Shown: in pieces, positions 53,201-64,000 of the stretch
Position numbering within the stretch: position 1 is the first letter of the stretch
How the letters are laid out: every line of letters starts with the position of its first letter
Source: Phoronis australis
Taxonomy: Eukaryota; Animalia; Phoronida
Assembly (NCBI GenBank): GCA_002633005.1
Contig: NMRA01000131.1
Span: 493,824 to 557,823, forward strand
Length of the DNA stretch: 64,000 nt
Reading direction: 5' to 3'
The notes under the pieces: generated by a model
Seen by the model: only the letters and a program-made list of their open reading frames with translations
What the model was told of the DNA's origin: nothing
Database searches by the model: none
Position numbers and translations under genes: made by a program

Positions 53201-56200
53201 ATTAAGATGGTAAGATCAAACATGACTGGGAAGATCTGAAGAAATGTTAACACCATACTCTTGGTCTGCTTGGAGTTGAAGCCCATACGAGCCAGGACAG
53301 CAAAGGATGAAACTACAGTGATGCCGCCTAAGGCTAGCTCTTGGTTGGACAGGTACTTAACCGGATACCAGGAAAGGTTGGTCACTATGGCAATGAATGT
53401 GATGATAATGTCGGCGACCTCTAGTGGCTGGTCTCGCAAGTGATGGCCCATACCGATGATACGCAGAATGGTTTCAATCTGCAAAATTAACAGTATCAAC
53501 ATTATGATCAATGAAAATGAGAGAAACTGAAACTGTGATAAACGACAGCCATCTCCCAAGATTTATAAACTGAAATTAATCAAAAGTATAAATATTACAT
53601 CTCTACAGACAAAAATTAACCGTTTTTAAATAATCTGAAGTCATTTCTTCAAAATCCCTGCTCTAGTTAATCACAACAGTTACTGTAATAGTCTAAGGTC
53701 TTCGGAAATGTAATTGCAGAAATTTTGAAACAAATCTTATTAAATCATTATTATTGCATAACACATAACCTCAATTATGCTATTTTTCAAATAGCCAGCA
53801 AGGCCAGACATAAAGGCTTAAATTTTCACTTGTATACAAGTTGAATCGCAAACAATTTTGTATCTTTACCAGAAAGATAACAATGATGGCCGTCTTCATT
53901 CCTTGGACTATGAAGGCAGCCTCGTCTGACATCTTGTACCATTTGATAAAGAACAAAATACTGAAAGAAGAACATGATAGTATTGGTAACATACATGAGA
54001 AAGCACGGATTTTCATCAGAGCACCACGGAACTCGTCTATACAGAATTACTTCCAACGTTTTGCTTATGTTTGTTAACAAAATTGACAATGAGGACTAAG
54101 GTCAGGGTATAAAAATATAGTTAAGCTTTTTTATCAGAGCGCTACGGAACATGTCAACATGGAACTAAAACAATTGCATAACAAATTAAATTTAACTTGT
54201 TAAATAGATTTATTTGTTGCTCTAGTTGTCATTTCTATCTTATATCCAGAATTTCGGTTCATTTTGCGGTACTCATTACTACTTTTCTATTCATACACCT
54301 CCTTGCTCAATATGTCACTCATCACTTATTTCTCCTTAGTGTCAGTACAGTGTCGCCAAACACATTCTTGCGTTTTACTCTGCAACATAGCTCGTCGCAT
54401 TCTCCAGGCAAAATATATTTGAATAAAATTTAAGACAATATATTCATTCACTACACCATAATAGTGCAGAGTATGCCTAGTGTAGGTATAAATAGGTCAC
54501 AGGCAAAAAAAGTTGATATTTTCTTGCACACTGTTCACTATGTAATGACAGGTCACAAGAGAGTGGTGACCCTATCCACTTTTAACAGCCACATAATTAA
54601 TACTTACGTATGAATGATAATCAGCACCAGTATACTCCTAGTGAGAGCTACAGACTGTACAAAATGACGGATGGATTCACTGAGACCGAGGGCACACGTG
54701 GGACAGCAAGACTGGAACGGAGAAGTGGAGAGGATGAATACAATGAATACAATGATTAGCACTAGACAGTATAGTGCTAGTGAGCACTACATGCTGTGCA
54801 AAGTGAAGTTGTTCAAAGTGGCAGCTGGACAAAATTAAAAATCACCTCTGTCCAAAGATGTGCTAATATTCTGAAGTTGCAGTAATCTCGCTTCAACATG
54901 GCAAAAGTACTAATACGTCATTAAAATGATAAAAATTTTACTCGCATGTTTATTTTACGGCACAATACAAACTACACTAAATTGAAATAAAAAATTCTAA
55001 TTTTCTTTTTTTGTAACCAAATTCAACAAAATTCTTCTTGTTCCCTTTTTCAGAGTTGTCATTGAGAAATTCAACAAAATAAAACTAAACAATGAGATGC
55101 CACCCATGTGAACAAGTCCATTATTTCCAGGGGAAAGTAAGAAGACATGCCAGTGCTTAGTCACCTTAGTGTAGAGCACAGGCTCCTTTTCAAACTCATA
55201 GTTGAGGGCGTCAGTAAGACGGGTTGTCCACTCGAATGTATCAATGACACCATCCCCATCATCATCAACATAGTCTATCAGTTCTTTAATTTCATCCTCT
55301 GAGTTCTGAAATGTACCAACAACAAGTCACAAACATTACAAAGATATAGCAATAAGAGTACCAACAGAATTAGTAAATAATAATAGTTATGTAACAGCAA
55401 CAGTGACAGCAATTATACTAAAATTAATAATTGATTTTGGCTAGAATGCTATACTAGCAGTTAAGGATAAGGAAAATTAACAAGAAAGGGGTGGATTATA
55501 AGGTCTGTTACAGTAGCTAACTTAAGGGTGTTAACCTTTACGCTGGTAATACTGGCATGCACGCTACGAGTTTGTGACTTTGTTGTGACCTGGTATAAAT
55601 CTATTAAACCTTATTTCATTTTATTTCTGCCTTAAGATGAGGCATGACCAGTCTCGAGATGACATTTCACATATCTGATTTGTTAGGTCTCTTTGGAGAA
55701 TCAACAAATGTATGGTGAGTTTAAGTGAGTGTTTATTAAAGTTGTTACCAAACAATATTGTGATGTGTTGAACCAACTCTACATACAATAGAGAGGTAGT
55801 GGTCACACTGTTCTGGTAACACAATGTAAGAAACTGTAACATGTGAATAGAAGAGACACTAAGATTAAGGGTCTGCTGTACGAGGCATCCTATTCCCCTT
55901 CTGAGATCATTACTTAAAAAGATGTAAAAAAAGCTAAAATACTGTGTGGTGACATTCATATCAACTATTGATCAATGAAACACTTTGCTATATTACACTT
56001 AAATGGGCAGCTCCATAATACGGTACAAAAATGAGAAGCAGTAACATTGTGCTTTAAATGACTTTTTCCACAAATAAAAAATTTTGACAAATGTGAACCT
56101 CTTGATTCACAGAAATTTGTGTCACCAGTGAACAATAAGACAATATCTCATGCACTGTGGACATGTTTTTTACCTGAGGCCTTAACCGCTTGAATAAGAG

Positions 56201-59200
56201 GACCAACTTCTCGTCACCAACACTGAGAGATCCATCACCTAATGGGTCTAGAATGTTCCATGCCTTGATGATCTCTGCTCGCTCTCGTTTGCGCTCCATC
56301 TTGACATTCTTCTTGGAGAAAGCCCTGAAAACATCAACATCTTAGCGTCAAGTCTACACACTTAGCACAATATCTACAAAAATAACTCAGCAAAAGTACG
56401 TTTTCTGAAAGTAGAAATTCTGTAGAATTTGAATTTTGACTACCAATCTGTCGATCACACAACCATGTTTTTTGGGAAACTTTAGCAAAAAGAAAGGTAC
56501 ATTCATAGCAAAACAACAACATCAATAACATGACCTAATTCCATATTATATAAATGTTTTATAAATCTCCAAAACACTGTTACAGTTTTCTTAATTATAG
56601 TTTCATTTTTGATTTATGCAACTGTTTCATAAGAATCACGGAAGTCCTGTTTTTCGATAGCCACTCATGAAAAAGTGGAACATTTCAAAAAAAAATCCCT
56701 GACAGCATTTTGTAGAACAGTGTATAAAGCATGGTATTTCAAAGTTTCGTGTTAATCCGATTGGCCGTTACTGAGACATGATGTTTCAAAGTTGGACAAA
56801 ATCTGACATTTTTCTAGGGTCCTACATGGCCTTAACAACTGTGCAATATGCAGGCAAAGTATGACTTACAGACATTGGAAATATTCATCTGTAGTTACAA
56901 TCACAAGGGTACAATTCAAAAGCATCTTTGACACTAATTGGTCAAGCATGACCATTACTGTGAGTTAGCTACATAAAAATTTCAAAGGAGACTAAACATT
57001 GACCAAGTGGTAGTCATGACGAACTGGTACTATTTTGGTCACATAGAGAAGAGAAAGCGAGTTGCAATTATGAGAGCATTCATCAGCTAACAGTCTCAAG
57101 TTACTACACTTGAAAGGTGTCACTGGCGCCACCTGGTGACTTCTTGTGACTCTCTTGTGAGTTTGACAGGAGTGTTAGACATTTAGTGTAGAATACTTAC
57201 CAGTAATTATCCACAATGATGGCCAATAGGATTGCAGTGAGAAAGAACACACCCACGTAGAGGAACAGGCCAAAGTAAATGAACGAGTAGGATGCCACAT
57301 CAAACGCAGGCATCATGAACTCCTGAATATAAAAAGAGGCAATTTTCTACTTTGTCCACAGTTTGTTGAAAAGTAATAAATACCCAGGGGTGTAGCTTCC
57401 AAGGTAGGATGTAAAGGTAATAAATACCCAGGGGTGTAGCTTCCAAGGTAGGATGTAAAGGTAATAAATACCCAGGGGTGTAGCTTCCAAGGTAGGATGT
57501 AAAGGTAATAAATACCCAGGGGTGTAGCTTCCAAGGTAGGATGTAAAGGTAATAAATAACATGGGGTGTAGCTTCCAAGGTAGAATGGAAAGTTAATAAA
57601 TACCCTGGGGTGTAACTTCCAAGATAGAATGTAAAGCCAAGCTGTCAAACATTTACATGAACATGACAATTCAAGGGACATCCTACAGTTTAAGACCACA
57701 CTCAACACATACAAGTAAACTCCACTCACAGAGCTGTGTGAGCTCTCACTTACTAATCACTAGTCCACATATAATTCACAAATCATTCTAACTTCAATTA
57801 AACAAGATGAGACAAAATTATTATGATAGTATGTAGTCTAAATTAAAACTTAATTTTCAATAGAAATCAGGTTCATAGTAGTTTTAGTTATTTCAGATGG
57901 TTTTAGATTTAGTAATGTCTAATGCCTCAAATCATTGGCTCGTTACGATGGCCAACAATACATGTTATCAAAGATAAAACTAATTGGCTGCAAGCACATG
58001 ACGTGCTTTGTAAATCAACAAGGTATTATCAGCTACATGATGACGCAAGTTTCATCATCACACTCAAAACTACATGTACTAATATCTGGGTGGTAAACCT
58101 TCATTACGCAGCAATGCTAATGTAGACACAAAAGAAAAATCAACCACCTGCAATTAACACAGCAGACTTCTCCAAGAAGGTCAATCTGAACAGCTGTTCA
58201 GATGGACACAGAGATCAATCTGAACAGCTGTTCTGGGGTCAAATTCAAACATAAAGGGAGACTTGTATGAAGCAAATATTCCTTAGTTCAAAAACATTTG
58301 TCAAGACCACTTTCTTTTAAAATGAAATGTCTGGCAAATGTAAGAAATCAAAAAGCCATATTATAACACATGCAGTTAAGATTGGTAATAAAAGTAAAGA
58401 TTACATTCCATTTTTGTTCAGCACAAAAGCTTTAAGAAATGAAACTTACAGGAAAATTTTCTGTAGTAAGCAGCACAAATAGTTGAAGTGATGCGTTGAA
58501 AAAATGATCGAAAGCCCTGAAATATAAAGGAGTGTCCAGACAACTGTTCATAAACATGTATATTTTAATAGATCAACAGAAAAATTACATTTACACCAAC
58601 AATTATCCAACACACAACAGTGTATTTATAGACTTCTCTCGTAAGTCCATTTATTTAGTGATTCCAGTTTAACATACGGGTGTTGAATTTTACAGCACAT
58701 TGGCATACAGCCATTTCCATTCCCCATAAATCAAAACAGCACATCCACGCAATAGAGTGATACAAATTTAGAACAGGATTTTTTAAGAAGGCATTGCTTT
58801 CCAAAGTAAAAAAGAGCTAATTGTTCAACTGTGGCCTTACCCTGTGTACACGTCATTGAAGTTTTCAGTACAGTTTGGCCCAGTTCTGTTGGCACAGCCA
58901 ATGAAGTGATAATCTGGTCCAAACAGGTGAACACCAGTTCCAGCGAACACCATGATGAATAATGAGATGACAAAGAACACCTGCAAAATGACACCCTTTT
59001 AAATCCTTGTTTCATGTCTCAAAGTCTAGTACTACTTTCAATTACTATTTGTTTGAACATAATTCACTAATCAAGCATTTTCTCACAAACTTAAAAGAGT
59101 AAAAAATAGCAATGCGAAGGAGCTGTGAATTGTGTAGAGTAACTGTTTTGCATACTTTTTCTGCAATCAAAGTATTAATGCAAAAATGTTAAAGCATCAC

Positions 59201-62200
59201 TACAACCTACTGTGAAACAAAACAAATTTCAGACAAAAATAACTGCTGACAAAATTATCATTTTTTATTTACAAGGTGAATGTCCACAATTTTTCAAAAT
59301 ACAGTCTGATGGTAGCTATGGTAGAGCACTTAAAACATTGTTAGACATTAATTTAATGTTATGTACCTTTTATGAAAAAAATGAGAAAATAAAATTTTAC
59401 TTGTGTCCTAAACAGTGAGAACTTACCACACTGTATGATGTAACCACTCTTAATAACAAGCTGCCCAGACTAACGAGACTGATGAGAACAATGTGAACGC
59501 ATGGCAGTTTGAAATGTTGGGTTTTAATGATAGATAGACAAACACCTTAAACTATTATACATTTATACGATAACACATATTAAAATACTTCACGATGCAG
59601 TTTCATTTTCCGCCTTGGCGGCAAGAACATTTTGTGAACTGCTCAACTGAAATCTGCAATTCTACAAAGGCAAGGTATGCTGTGCTTACCTTTCCCAGCT
59701 TGAATACAATAGAGACACAGACGTCGAAGATATGTGCGACGTTCTTTGTTTTGCACATGAAGGTGGCAGCACGCAGACACCGAAATGGTATGATAATACG
59801 AACTGGAGAACTGCCCACCTGAAAGTTATGGATTACCGTGTTTACATCACGTGACATACAAGGTGTGGTATTAATAACGAGTTTAGAAGTTTTATGGCAA
59901 TTAACACATATATGCACCAAGTAACAGTAATAAAAATAACCCTCCATAACCTGCAATGTATACAGGCAGGCCTGCATCATAAAAGTGCTCTCTAGCTCAG
60001 GCCACCATCCTGCACCAATTGTTCTGGAACCAACCCGCCCATGAATACACGTTATGTTGGATATACGTCTAGCACATTGTCTAGAAGACAATTTCTAATG
60101 TAATGAAAAATACCAAAGCCGAGATCGTTGAGCACACATTTGTCGAGAGTAATGCTGTTTGTCTTAGGTTGCTAGAAGCATTGACTGACAAGATACAGGA
60201 CAAGAATGCATCATCAAATAGTGTGTTTAGTCTCGTGTGTCTGTACTTTGCACAGTATCCAACAGGGGTCGCGGCAAGTTGGTAGCTTTTTACACCTTTC
60301 TATGCATGTTCAAAGCAGCTGCTTCAGATTTTTCTCCTCTGATAATGACAGGCGAGTTTGATCGAAGAACCAGGAATAAATGTAAATCGTGTATTCATGT
60401 AGTCTTTATTTTTGCAACGAATATTGGGCAGCTGATGCATTGTGTATTTATTTATATAAGAGCGTGTGTCAATATGAGCTTGTGAGAAGACTGTGAGGAA
60501 GCTAAAATTGCCAAAACCCAGTGCTTTGCTCACCAGCCCTTGCATTAAAGAAAATTTGCTGCCAACATACACAAATTTCACAGTAAGTTATCAACCTATG
60601 ACCATAGTCTGTGAAAGGTATGTCAACTCTCACTTTGAGGAGACTACAGCGAGATCAGTTTGACAGCAGTTTAATCTAATTAAGGATTCCAAAGTTAGTT
60701 GTGAGTAGAATCTGAATAAGGAACAGAGCTTTTTAATAAATAACCAACAGGATAGCAGCTATCGTCGTACAACATAAAAATGTATCACTTCAACTAAATG
60801 TACAGTGTAGTACCAATTGTAGCTTCTTTGTGACATTTTCTTCTTGAGTTTACAGAAGTAGGAGTAAAAAGAAGTCTTACCTTTGGAAGAAGCTCTTGAA
60901 TACACAACAGGATGAGGTCAATGGTGAACAAACAGGTGAAAACGAATTCCACTCTGAAATGAACACGTCAAGCTTACAGTCACACGGTTCCACAGCAAGA
61001 TAGAGTTAAGAGGTAATCAAATGAGCAAAGAGTGGAATGGCATGTCAACGAATGAACAAAGAGTGGAATGGCAGGTCAACGTATGAACAAAATAACATGA
61101 ATGGGAAATCATTAAGTGTTGGACGTTATGTTCACATGAATGGATTATATGAGTTAGTTAAAGCTGCATTTCACTAATATTTAGCAGTTAATGCTAATTT
61201 CTCAACCAAAGCGCTTTGGGGTTCAAAATATTAGTGCATAAATCTTAACCATAATTTGTAAGTTGTATCTGCCTAAATGATCTACATAGAGGGCGGACAA
61301 CACCCTTTATATGTCATGAGCCCGGCTTTCATGGTTCCTCTAACATATCCCTAGAATAATAAATTACAGGGAATCAACCTCAACCTTGCCCTGCATTTGG
61401 AGCATAAATTCCAATAATTCATCCTACTCATCTATAATATAACCACAGAAAGGTCCCACAGTCAGATCACAAGATGCTTTGGGCAGCAATGCCAATCTAA
61501 TGCCAGTGGCTGTAGCCAGCTAGCTTGGAAGCACAGCCAGTGGCAGTTGCCCGATGAAATAATCCGATATAACATGACCACGTTTTGAGAAACAGGTTTA
61601 TGCCTGTTATTCATTGGAGAAAGCTGGTTCTCAAAATGCGAGCATGTTATGTCCAATTATTACCACAGTCGCCAGCCGGCTGGAAACTAAGATACTATTT
61701 AAGCATGGTATGGACAGGCAGATTATTAGATTATCAACTGTGACAAATACTTTGGTGAGGCTGAAGTCTGGAGGATAAATAAGGATAGCCAGCACCTCAA
61801 TACAGCAGATCACGTTTCAGCCATCCAAAGCATCCCCTAACCACCCGGCGCGTCCTTTAGCCATCCCATAAGCATCCGGGCATTCAGCATTCGACAAACA
61901 TGAACTAATCTTTAGTATTTTCAGAAATATACTGTCTCCTAGGCCTAAGTAGTCCTACCTCAGCCATTTGGTTTCAGGTAATGTCCAGAACCGACGGCAG
62001 GTGTAAAACAAGAGACTCAATACTAGATCAACTATGAGTATTAATATGCAGACAACTTCTAAGACTATCACCCAGACTTCAATCCTGGAAAATAAGAAAT
62101 GAAAGTCCATTAATCACATCAGTGTGATCTAGCCAGACACAGAGATTATATATAAACAAGGCAAAATTAGACTTATATGAAGGGTGAGTGCAAAAACAAG

Positions 62201-63590
62201 AACAACAGCACCATGGAACTTTGTCCGAGTTAAAAGAATTATGCACGTCGGACATGGGCAAGTTTTACTGTGTTGTTATCATATACAGATGTACATGTAA
62301 ATCAACAATAACTGTTAGAAAACTATCCTCTTATTTCTGGCTTTAATTACTAACGGTAAGGAAGAGTTGGTCTTCAATACCTAACAAGAATTACACCGGC
62401 TCCACTTGGACAACAGGGTTAAGTTGACACAGAGATGACAGCAATATGCACCCATAGTGAAAATTTGCAGATTATTAGTAAGGACTGTTTATGATAAGTC
62501 TGGAAGTTGCAGACGGAGGTGCCCCTAAGATCCATTGTTGCGGGTCAGTGGGCCCTCCTCCCATGAGCAGAACTAATAATTACCATCAGCAAATACCAAT
62601 GTGGCAAAATATATCTTTGGCAACCTAACACAGTTCAATCAAGGTCTGCAGCATCATATGTATTTCAACTACAATGTCACTTCAACTAATACAAATTGAA
62701 TTCAAGTTTAACTTTGAACACTCAATTTTTTAAATTTTTGATGATTAAAACCAAAAATAAAACTAGAACCCTGTTAATTCTCTTCATTTTATTATTTCGG
62801 AGTCTAAATCATAATATCAGAAAACAGAAATTTTTAGTTTAAGCTGAAATTTTAGGATACTGAGTCTGATACTGTGCCTAAATCTGTGTGAACATTTATT
62901 TACATAACAGGCATTGTACCACATTTGTGTGTGTGCAAACGGACCTTGTTGTACCATTTGTCTACTCTCAAAAATACAACGGACTGCACCAGTTAAGGCT
63001 AAATGTCCAATGTGCCATTTGCAGAAAGAGATAGAGAAATAACAACCACTTTTTGACAATGACAGAGTATCAGACATGATATTGTGATGTCATGGCCGTG
63101 ATGAAGCTTATTAAATGTGGTATCATGATATCGTGGCCATGGTAAAGCATATCACATGTGATATTTTGATAATATCATTGTGGTAAAACATATCAGACAT
63201 GATATGGTGATATAATGGCCGTGGTGAAGCATACCACCGTGATGTGATATCATGGCTGCTATGAAGCATATCAAGACGCGATACTGTGATATCGTGGTCG
63301 TGGTGAAGCATATAAGACATGATACTGTGGCCATGGTGAATCATATCAAGATATGATATTTTGAAATCACTGATGGCCATGGTGAAGCATATCAATACAT
63401 TAAATTGTGAAGAATATCACTGCGGTACAACTACATGAAAATCAGTTCTACAAATAGAATAACTATCTTCGCTTACTGGCCTGGCTTAATAGCTACATTA
63501 GGAGATTCCCAGAGAGGCAGAACACTGAACAGGACAATAAATAAGGCCACGAGGCGACGCCACCATTTGTTATCTATGATATGGAAGCAC
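32266..63590 (-). CDS. Two-pore channel (TPC)-like 2x6TM cation channel with EF-hand linker and C-terminal SH3 domain; 5'-partial, ~1190 aa in window
   Basis: Phase-consistent GT-AG exons (minus): 63590-63477 (IS1 WWRRLVALFIVLFSVLPLWESP), 62084-61959 (IS2), 60953-60881 (IS3), 59818-59690 (IS4 RIIIPFRCLR), 58980-58841 (IS5), 58516-58450 (pore LFVLLTTENFP), 57322-57201 (MMPAF..IS6 LLAIIVDNY), 56324-56174 and 55305-55165 (EF-hands), 54711-54608, 53960-53870, 53478-53189 (IIS1-S5), 52532-52422, 52208-52068 (pore FQILSTSNWHEI, IIS6), 49614-49521 (LFVAIAIEAF), 49243-49178, 48533-48423, 47709-47632, 44799-44571 plus 42863-42671 (SH3), 42429-42417, 41575-41507, 40500-40388, 40069-40006, 36654-36594, 35443-35260, 34618-34553, 33950-33696, 32757-32653, then a last exon 32341-32266 (or 31796-31733). 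The channel core is secure; the terminal exon and small tail exons are less so. Confidence 0.88.
33300..33600 (+). mobile_element. Penelope-like retroelement fragment (GIY-YIG endonuclease C-terminus), antisense within a channel intron
   Basis: EHSHNIGHNID, then (frameshifted) EKHWYSRKVKEAVYVKTRHPNLNRDQGLELPAVYDLIL; the R..KEA.YI/V....LNRD.G motif is typical of PLE endonucleases. Confidence 0.85.
36655..36921. repeat. 88-bp higher-order repeat of ~44-bp monomers abutting the acceptor of exon 36654-36594
   Basis: GCAATCAAATCACAGCCAGTCAT at 36657, 36745 and 36833, alternating with GCAATCATTACAGGCAGTCAT. Confidence 0.9.
37659..37770. repeat. 20-bp tandem repeat (GTGAACACACTATGTAGCAT) x ~5.5
   Basis: Directly visible. 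Confidence 0.95.
40701..40821. repeat. ~28-bp tandem repeat (AAGGTAAACAAATTAATCATCATATCAC) x ~4
   Basis: Directly visible. Confidence 0.92.
42850..44710 (-). other. SH3 domain of the TPC-like channel, split by a phase-1 intron
   Basis: KIKVMMAFRKSNEDQIDLHVGDEVKVLETKGEWMRGVSRGRTGWFP|AKYV; splicing 44571 to 42863 completes the GxFPxxYV signature. Confidence 0.9.
43320..44506 (+). mobile_element. Helentron/DINE-like element with an internal ~145-bp tandem array (3-mer higher-order unit of ~430 bp)
   Basis: 5' ACAAG plus small hairpin CAATGCGAAGCATTG. Repeated units each end in CAAATTTCAT-like blocks. 3' block CAAAATTTCATGAAC...GGACGCCGGA..GGACG, then a stem-loop and ATAAAAA. Confidence 0.7.
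49857..51467. mobile_element. CpG-rich ~1.6-kb insertion, probably nested non-autonomous DNA transposon(s)
   Basis: ATTTATCCACCTT...ATAATTGGCT at 49857-49918 is inverted relative to AGCCAATTAT...AAGGTGGATAAAT at 51372-51465. The interior is much richer in CpG than the flanking intron; no transposase ORF. Confidence 0.45.
57373..57636. repeat. 44-bp minisatellite x6, ~50 nt upstream of the IS6 exon acceptor
   Basis: GTAATAAATACCCAGGGGTGTAGCTTCCAAGGTAGGATGTAAAG, period 44. Confidence 0.97.
63070..63400. repeat. Degenerate ~42-bp minisatellite (~8 units) near the IS1 exon donor
   Basis: Recurring GATAT..TGATAT..TGGCC.TGGTGAAGCATATCA. Confidence 0.85.
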
Positions 63591-64000
63591 CTAGAATAAG
63601 AATAGCATAACGAATAATTAGAAAAGATCACACAGGTAGATAATTGGAACAGATTACACAGGTAGATAATTATCAGCCTATGGTAATTGTCACGATGCAC
63701 TTTAGAAGTAATAGTGATTACAAAGGATAAACACACAAAATTACGTAAACATTGATTTTTTACAACTAGTTCTCTTGGCTCTGTGATGTATGCCGCAGAC
63801 AATGTGCTTAAATTTGATTTGCAGTCTTGTTACAAGGAACCTTCATTTTAGCCAACAATACAATTCATTAATATACAACTTACATGAAAAGGACAAAGGA
63901 ATTCAAGTTGACCTCTCCCCCCCATAAACTGTACTTTCATAATAGTTGAATTCAAATCCCAACTGATAATTTTCAATGACACGACACTTCCAAAAGCCCC

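Noticed and set aside
57300-57729. Three overlapping repetitive ORFs that superficially resemble a CRISPR array
   Set aside because: Head-to-tail 44-bp minisatellite with no unique spacers; eukaryotic intron, no cas genes.
61995-62005. Apparent non-canonical (..ttttacAC) acceptor suggesting an AT-AC/U12 intron
   Set aside because: A canonical ttttccAG acceptor at 62085-62086 gives a longer in-frame exon encoding IS2, and the upstream donor is an ordinary gtaag.

Overview
AT-rich, intron-rich animal genomic DNA, probably from a marine invertebrate such as a mollusc (inferred from the repeat landscape; not provable here), with one assembly gap at 12406-12502. Most short entries in the ORF track are noise; genes were rebuilt by hand from GT-AG exons with consistent phases. 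(1) PHF10 (BAF45a/SAYP-like PBAF subunit) on +, CDS ~15216-29582, 13 coding exons, ~690 aa, with a long acidic N-terminal extension, SAY region and double PHD finger. (2) A convergent minus-strand gene whose 5' end lies beyond 64000, with about 30 exons in the window (~1190 aa). It encodes a two-pore-channel (TPC)-like 2x6TM cation channel with an unusual set of features: an acidic domain-I filter (TTENF), STSNW in domain II, a canonical EF-hand in the linker, a nearly uncharged domain-II S4, and a ~580-aa tail carrying an SH3 domain, PxxP motifs, PKA-type sites and an RVxF motif. This channel is the best candidate for an undescribed system. The rest is intergenic or intronic TE remnants (L1/Tx1 LINE, Penelope-like, Helentron/DINE-like elements with arrays of CTCF-like motifs, MITEs, a tRNA-derived SINE head) and minisatellites, several starting at or next to splice sites.
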